Made by a program: the position numbers and the translations under genes. Of a DNA stretch of 64,000 nucleotides, positions 59,545 through 64,000 are shown piece by piece. The stretch lies in assembly GCA_002378195.1 (NCBI GenBank), contig DFRJ01000003.1, positions 32,879-96,878 on the forward strand, written 5' to 3'. Below the pieces are notes generated by a model. That model made no database searches. It saw only the letters and a program-made list of their open reading frames with translations, and had not been told where the DNA came from. Positions within the stretch are counted from its first letter, which is position 1; each line of letters begins with the position of its first letter. Origin of the DNA: Patescibacteria group bacterium UBA3466 (GTDB lineage: Bacteria; Patescibacteriota; Minisyncoccia; Phycocordibacterales; UBA918).

Positions 59545-62079
59545 ATGTCAACTAACCAATTTATTCCAAATTTGCAGTCTGAGACCAATGAGTCTGATAT
59601 GTCAGCAAAATCTTCGGAAGACTCGCTAGTGAGTGCGCTTACTAATTTCGCACAATACATCGTGATGAGTCTATTTGTCTTGATACCGCTCTTCTTCACT
59701 CCAGGTCTATTGGCGTCATTAGGGTTTGATAAAGTTTTACTAGCTGTTGTGTCTACTTTTTCCGTTGTGATCACAGCCTCCTTTATGTCGCTGCGCAAGA
59801 CCAAGGTGATGACAGTTCTACCATTATCTCTCGGCTTCTACTGGCTGATGGTGCTGGCGGCTTTTGTGTCAGCCTTGTACTCGGGTGATGCTCAAGATGC
59901 TTTGCGAGGCAGTGTGTTTGAGGTGCAGACTGTTGGTTTTCTGGCGGTGACCGGACTAGTTATGACGGTACCGCTGGTAATGCAGAATGCCAAGAGAATC
60001 GCTTTAAGGGCAGTTGGCTTATTTTTCTTTTCAGCTTCATTGCTATTGCTTTATGTGTTCTCAAGAATTTGGCTAGGAGCAAGCTTCCTATCCTTCGGCG
60101 CCTTCACAGCTGTGACGGTGTCTCCAGTTGGTAACTTCAATGATCTGGCCATGTTGTCCGGTCTCGTGGTGGTAGCTAGTTTAATTTCGATGTCGGCCTT
60201 GCCACTCCGTACTTGGATGCAGGCGGTAATGGGGGTGGTTGTACTGATTGCACTGCTGCTGTTGTCAGTGGTTAATTTCTTCAATATCTGGGTGATTGTT
60301 GGTTTCTTCGGATTGCTGATGCTTATCTACATTCTGACACAAGACACTTTGTTTGGTCAGCAGCAAGAGAGTGCAAGGGAAGGTTCTCGAGCATTGATAG
60401 TCGTGACTACATTAGTCTGTTTAGTCAGTGCAGTATTTATTGTGGCAGGAGATTATGCCGGTAATTTTGTTAGAAACATTACCACTGTTGAATATGCTGA
60501 AGTGATTCCTTCTAATGAAGGTACGCTAGGGATTGCGCGAGCAGTCTTCGAAGATAGTGCATTGTTGGGAGTGGGTCCAAATCGCTTTGCTGATGCTTGG
60601 CGGTTGCATAAAGATCCGGCTATTAACGAAACTATTTTCTGGGATACAGATTTTAATACTGGTAGCGGATTTATCACTACATTATTTATTAATACCGGTT
60701 TACTAGGTGGACTGGTCTTCCTGGCATTCCATCTGGCGTTCCTGTATTTGGGGTACAAGATTTTGGTCAAGAGTCAAAGTTCAGACCGTAATTGGCGTTT
60801 TATTGGATCAGTATCTTTTGCAATTGCTACGTTTGTCTGGACGATGACTTATGTGTACGAGCCGGGGACGGTGATTATTCTGATCGGTGCCTTATTTACT
60901 GGGCTGACCTTTGTAGCGGCCGGTGCTTTGATGCCTAATTCGGTCAGAAAAGTGTCGCTGGTAACTAGTCGACAGCGCGGATTCGTAATGATGGCAGTGG
61001 TGATTGTACTGGTATCAAATTTAGTGATGTCATTATTGAATGTGAGTAAGCAGTACGTGGCCCAAGCTAATTTCACTCAAGCGCAAAATGAAGCTGCTTC
61101 AATTGATGAGTTTGAAGTGGCTGCTTCAGAAGCTTTTGAGCTTTATCAAGATGACCGGTTTGTAATTGCTCGAGCGCAAATAAAACTAGCTGAATTGAAT
61201 GCTTTACTTAACCTTGAGTCACCAACCGAAGCAGATCAGCAGCAGTTTTTGAGTCTTGTGGAGCAGGCAAGAATCTTTGCTGACCAGGCGATAGAGCAGG
61301 ATGATACCAACCCAAACAGTCACGCTATCATGGCTAGTGTCTATAGTGGGCTAGCGATTGCTGGTATCAACGGCGCTAGTGACCTGGCTCTGGAATCACT
61401 CGAAAAAGCCAAAGCGCTTGATCCAATGAATCCAGGCTACAACATGATGGCTGCTCAAATGGCCGCCAGAATTGGTGATTTAGAACTGGCCCGTGCCGAA
61501 ATTGCGCAATCACTCAACCTGAAGCCAAACTACACCGAAGCTTTGTTCCTCTTAGCACAACTAGATATAAGTGAAGGAAATACAGAATCTGCCATTGAGA
61601 CGACTAGAGCCATCATCACCTTAGAGCCAACCAATCCAACTCGTTACTTCCAGTTGGGTATGTTGGAGGCTTCGGTAGGCAACACCGAGTCGGCTATCGC
61701 CGCTCTTGAAATGGCCATTAGGATTGATCCACAATATGCAAATGCTAGGTTCATGTTGGCTCGTGCTTATGTTGTTACAGGTCGAAACGAGGAAGCGCTC
61801 GATCAACTTGATTTGGTGTCCCAAACGAATCCAGGTAACCCAGCTGTGGAAAGTTTTGTTGAGCAAATTAAATCAGGTGAATTGTCAGACTTGCCAGAAT
61901 TGGGTCTAGATGTGCCATTGCCGGAAGAGTCAGCTGATGAAGAGGATACCGATATCGATGTGAGTAGAGAGACAGGTAGCACTGATTTGGTTTCACCAGT
62001 GAACGCTGTGTCGGATGCGGAAGAGGAGGCCATAGAGCAGGATGAGGAAGCTGTAACGCAACCCGAAACCGAAGAGTAA
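59545..62079 (+). CDS. Polytopic membrane protein (O-antigen ligase/O-OTase-like) with C-terminal TPR repeats
   Basis: About 13 TMs, GNFND, LLGVGPNRF, TGLLG; TPRs LKPNYTEA and IDPQYANA. Confidence 0.8.
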   Translation: MSTNQFIPNLQSETNESDMSAKSSEDSLVSALTNFAQYIVMSLFVLIPLFFTPGLLASLGFDKVLLAVVSTFSVVITASFMSLRKTKVMTVLPLSLGFYWLMVLAAFVSALYSGDAQDALRGSVFEVQTVGFLAVTGLVMTVPLVMQNAKRIALRAVGLFFFSASLLLLYVFSRIWLGASFLSFGAFTAVTVSPVGNFNDLAMLSGLVVVASLISMSALPLRTWMQAVMGVVVLIALLLLSVVNFFNIWVIVGFFGLLMLIYILTQDTLFGQQQESAREGSRALIVVTTLVCLVSAVFIVAGDYAGNFVRNITTVEYAEVIPSNEGTLGIARAVFEDSALLGVGPNRFADAWRLHKDPAINETIFWDTDFNTGSGFITTLFINTGLLGGLVFLAFHLAFLYLGYKILVKSQSSDRNWRFIGSVSFAIATFVWTMTYVYEPGTVIILIGALFTGLTFVAAGALMPNSVRKVSLVTSRQRGFVMMAVVIVLVSNLVMSLLNVSKQYVAQANFTQAQNEAASIDEFEVAASEAFELYQDDRFVIARAQIKLAELNALLNLESPTEADQQQFLSLVEQARIFADQAIEQDDTNPNSHAIMASVYSGLAIAGINGASDLALESLEKAKALDPMNPGYNMMAAQMAARIGDLELARAEIAQSLNLKPNYTEALFLLAQLDISEGNTESAIETTRAIITLEPTNPTRYFQLGMLEASVGNTESAIAALEMAIRIDPQYANARFMLARAYVVTGRNEEALDQLDLVSQTNPGNPAVESFVEQIKSGELSDLPELGLDVPLPEESADEEDTDIDVSRETGSTDLVSPVNAVSDAEEEAIEQDEEAVTQPETEE

Positions 62080-62087
62080 TATAATAA

Positions 62088-63758
62088 ATGGTAAAGCGGG
62101 TATTTAATTTTGTATACCGAGAGGTAAGAGGGATGCATCAAGCGGCGTATGTGATCGCGCTATTCTCGGTTGGCTCGCAGATACTAGCTATCGTAAGAGA
62201 CAGACTGTTGGCTCATAGTTTTGGTGCAGGATCAGAGCTGGACTTATATTATGCAGCTTTCAGAGTGCCAGATTTACTGTTTGTGCTGTTTGCCTCGGTT
62301 TTATCGATTTACGTATTGTTACCCTTTGTAAATAAATTTACCGAGGAAGGAGGGGCCGCAGCTGGTGCAAATATTTTGTCGCAAGTTTTCTCGGTGTTTT
62401 TGGTGGTCTATGTGGCTGTGGCTGGAGTGCTGGCTCTCGCAGCGCCTCTTTACGTGCCGCACATGTTCCCAGGTTTTGCTGGTGAAAACGATACCTTGAT
62501 TATGCTAATGCGCATACTGCTCCTACAGCCGTTTTTACTTGGTTTGTCGAGTTTGTGTGGAGTGGTGACGCAAATGAATCACCGGTTTATTTTGTACGCT
62601 CTTAGTCCGCTTTTGTATAACCTCGGTATCATACTAGGAATTATTTTGTTTTACCCTGTATTTGGTTTGTCAGGTTTGGCGTTGGGAGTGGTGGTCGGAG
62701 CAATTGGTCATTTGGCAGTGCAATTGCCGTTCGTGATTAATAGCGAATATAAATTTAATTTACTAAAGAATGTTAATTGGCCAATCATCAAAGATGTATT
62801 GTCTGTATCAATTCCGCGGGCGCTTACGCTGTCAGTTAATCAAATCGTTCTGCTGGTTTTGGTGGGAATTGCCTCAGCCATGTCAGTTGGCTCGGTGTCG
62901 GTTTTTCAGTTTGCGTTTAATCTACAATCAGTACCACTTGCCATTATCGGTATGAGTTATTCGGTCGCCGCTTTTCCAACCTTGTCACATTTATATGCTA
63001 AGAGTGATCAAAACGGTTTCAATAATCAGCTGATTACCGCCTTAAGACATATTATATTTTGGTCGGTACCGGTGATTGGGTTGGTGATCGTACTGCGTGC
63101 TCAAATAGTGCGAGTGTTGCTCGGTAGTGGTGAATTCGATTGGGGAGATACTAGACTGACCGCTGCGATGTTAGCCATTTTTGTACTATCTTTGGTGGCT
63201 CAAGCAGTGTTGCTGCTACTTATTCGGGCCTTTTATGCCGGTGGAAAAACCAAACTGCCATTGTATGTAGCAGCGTTAGGAGCTTCGGTTTCGATTGTGT
63301 CAGCTTTTATTTTGCAGCAGGTATACATCGCCTCAGACACTTTCAAGGTTTGGCTTGATTACATTTTTAGACTATCCGATGTAGCCGGGGCAGAAATTCT
63401 GGTTCTAGCTATTGCTTTCTTGATCGGCCAATTTTGTCAGCTGTTTGTCTTGATGGCAGTATCTCGTAAAGCCTTTGCCGTTAGTTATCGGTCATTATGG
63501 CGTATCACCATTCAGTCAGTTTCAGCCACTATTTTTGGTGCAGTAGCTGCATACGCAACGCTAGTGTTTGTGGTGAGTGGTGTAAATCAGGATACCTTTG
63601 TGGGGATTATGTTGCAGGGTGTGTCGGCTACGGCCGTTGGGGTAGTTGGGGTAGTGTTGGCCTATTTGGCAGTTGGTTCTAATGAGGTGGTGGAAATTTA
63701 CCGCTCTTTTCATAGTCGAATCTTCAAAACAGATGTTATTGCTCCACAAAAGCACTAG
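62088..63758 (+). CDS. murJ: Lipid II flippase MurJ (MviN)
   Basis: RDRLLAHSFGAG, YYAAFRVPD, PLLYNLGII, AAFPTLS, RAFYA. Confidence 0.92.
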   Translation: MVKRVFNFVYREVRGMHQAAYVIALFSVGSQILAIVRDRLLAHSFGAGSELDLYYAAFRVPDLLFVLFASVLSIYVLLPFVNKFTEEGGAAAGANILSQVFSVFLVVYVAVAGVLALAAPLYVPHMFPGFAGENDTLIMLMRILLLQPFLLGLSSLCGVVTQMNHRFILYALSPLLYNLGIILGIILFYPVFGLSGLALGVVVGAIGHLAVQLPFVINSEYKFNLLKNVNWPIIKDVLSVSIPRALTLSVNQIVLLVLVGIASAMSVGSVSVFQFAFNLQSVPLAIIGMSYSVAAFPTLSHLYAKSDQNGFNNQLITALRHIIFWSVPVIGLVIVLRAQIVRVLLGSGEFDWGDTRLTAAMLAIFVLSLVAQAVLLLLIRAFYAGGKTKLPLYVAALGASVSIVSAFILQQVYIASDTFKVWLDYIFRLSDVAGAEILVLAIAFLIGQFCQLFVLMAVSRKAFAVSYRSLWRITIQSVSATIFGAVAAYATLVFVVSGVNQDTFVGIMLQGVSATAVGVVGVVLAYLAVGSNEVVEIYRSFHSRIFKTDVIAPQKH

Positions 63759-63794
63759 TTTTTTTACCTATTTGCTGTAGAGTAGTGCCACATT

Positions 63795-64000
63795 ATGCAG
63801 ATTAGAAACTTTAGTATTATCGCCCATATTGATCATGGTAAATCGACCTTGGCTGATCGTATGCTAGAAGCAACCCAAACTGTCGAAGCGCGTAAGATGA
63901 AAGAGCAGGTGCTAGATTCGATGGATCTTGAGCGTGAGCGCGGTATCACTATCAAGATGCAGCCGGTTAGAATGGAGTACCAGTCTGAAGGGGAGACATA
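63795..64000 (+). CDS. lepA: Elongation factor 4 (3' truncated by window edge)
   Basis: [39 protein letters not shown]. Confidence 0.95.
   Translation, partial: MQIRNFSIIAHIDHGKSTLADRMLEATQTVEARKMKEQVLDSMDLERERGITIKMQPVRMEYQSEGET

Overview
Bacterial chromosome segment, most consistent with a Patescibacteria (CPR, Parcubacteria-like) genome. This is an inference from gene content: a complete type IV pilus locus, a shortened RF2, near-leaderless genes and no central biosynthesis; TGA is used as stop, so the code is standard. Housekeeping backbone: comF-pilMNO-pilB-RR-pilT-pilC-pilins-pilD, ligA, gatCA, prfB, ftsEX, pyrG, msrA, a DEAD helicase, PMM/PGM, rlmB, mgtE, RNase P RNA, murJ, partial lepA and five tRNAs. 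A ~20 kb island at tRNA-Gln(UUG) (28642-48616) carries a 2401-aa SpvB/FG-GAP/RHS polymorphic toxin with immunity gene, an orphan RHS tip/immunity cassette, a large serine recombinase plus a remnant of a paralog, a phage-type ParB-methylase/terminase-small pair, and a LexA-TIR-caspase-wHTH-HEPN defence-like operon resembling type IV Thoeris. The most unusual signal is non-coding. Every tRNA here is followed by a structured element: terminator, an antisense copy of that tRNA's own 3' end split by a small hairpin, a scaffold shared between different tRNAs (with compensatory base changes), then a sense copy of the tRNA 3' end. Three tRNAs also have duplicated 5' ends upstream. Other notable items are two triple arrays of a 12-bp palindrome and a multi-hairpin leader with mutually exclusive pairing. 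All protein calls come from motif recognition by eye; no database searches were run.
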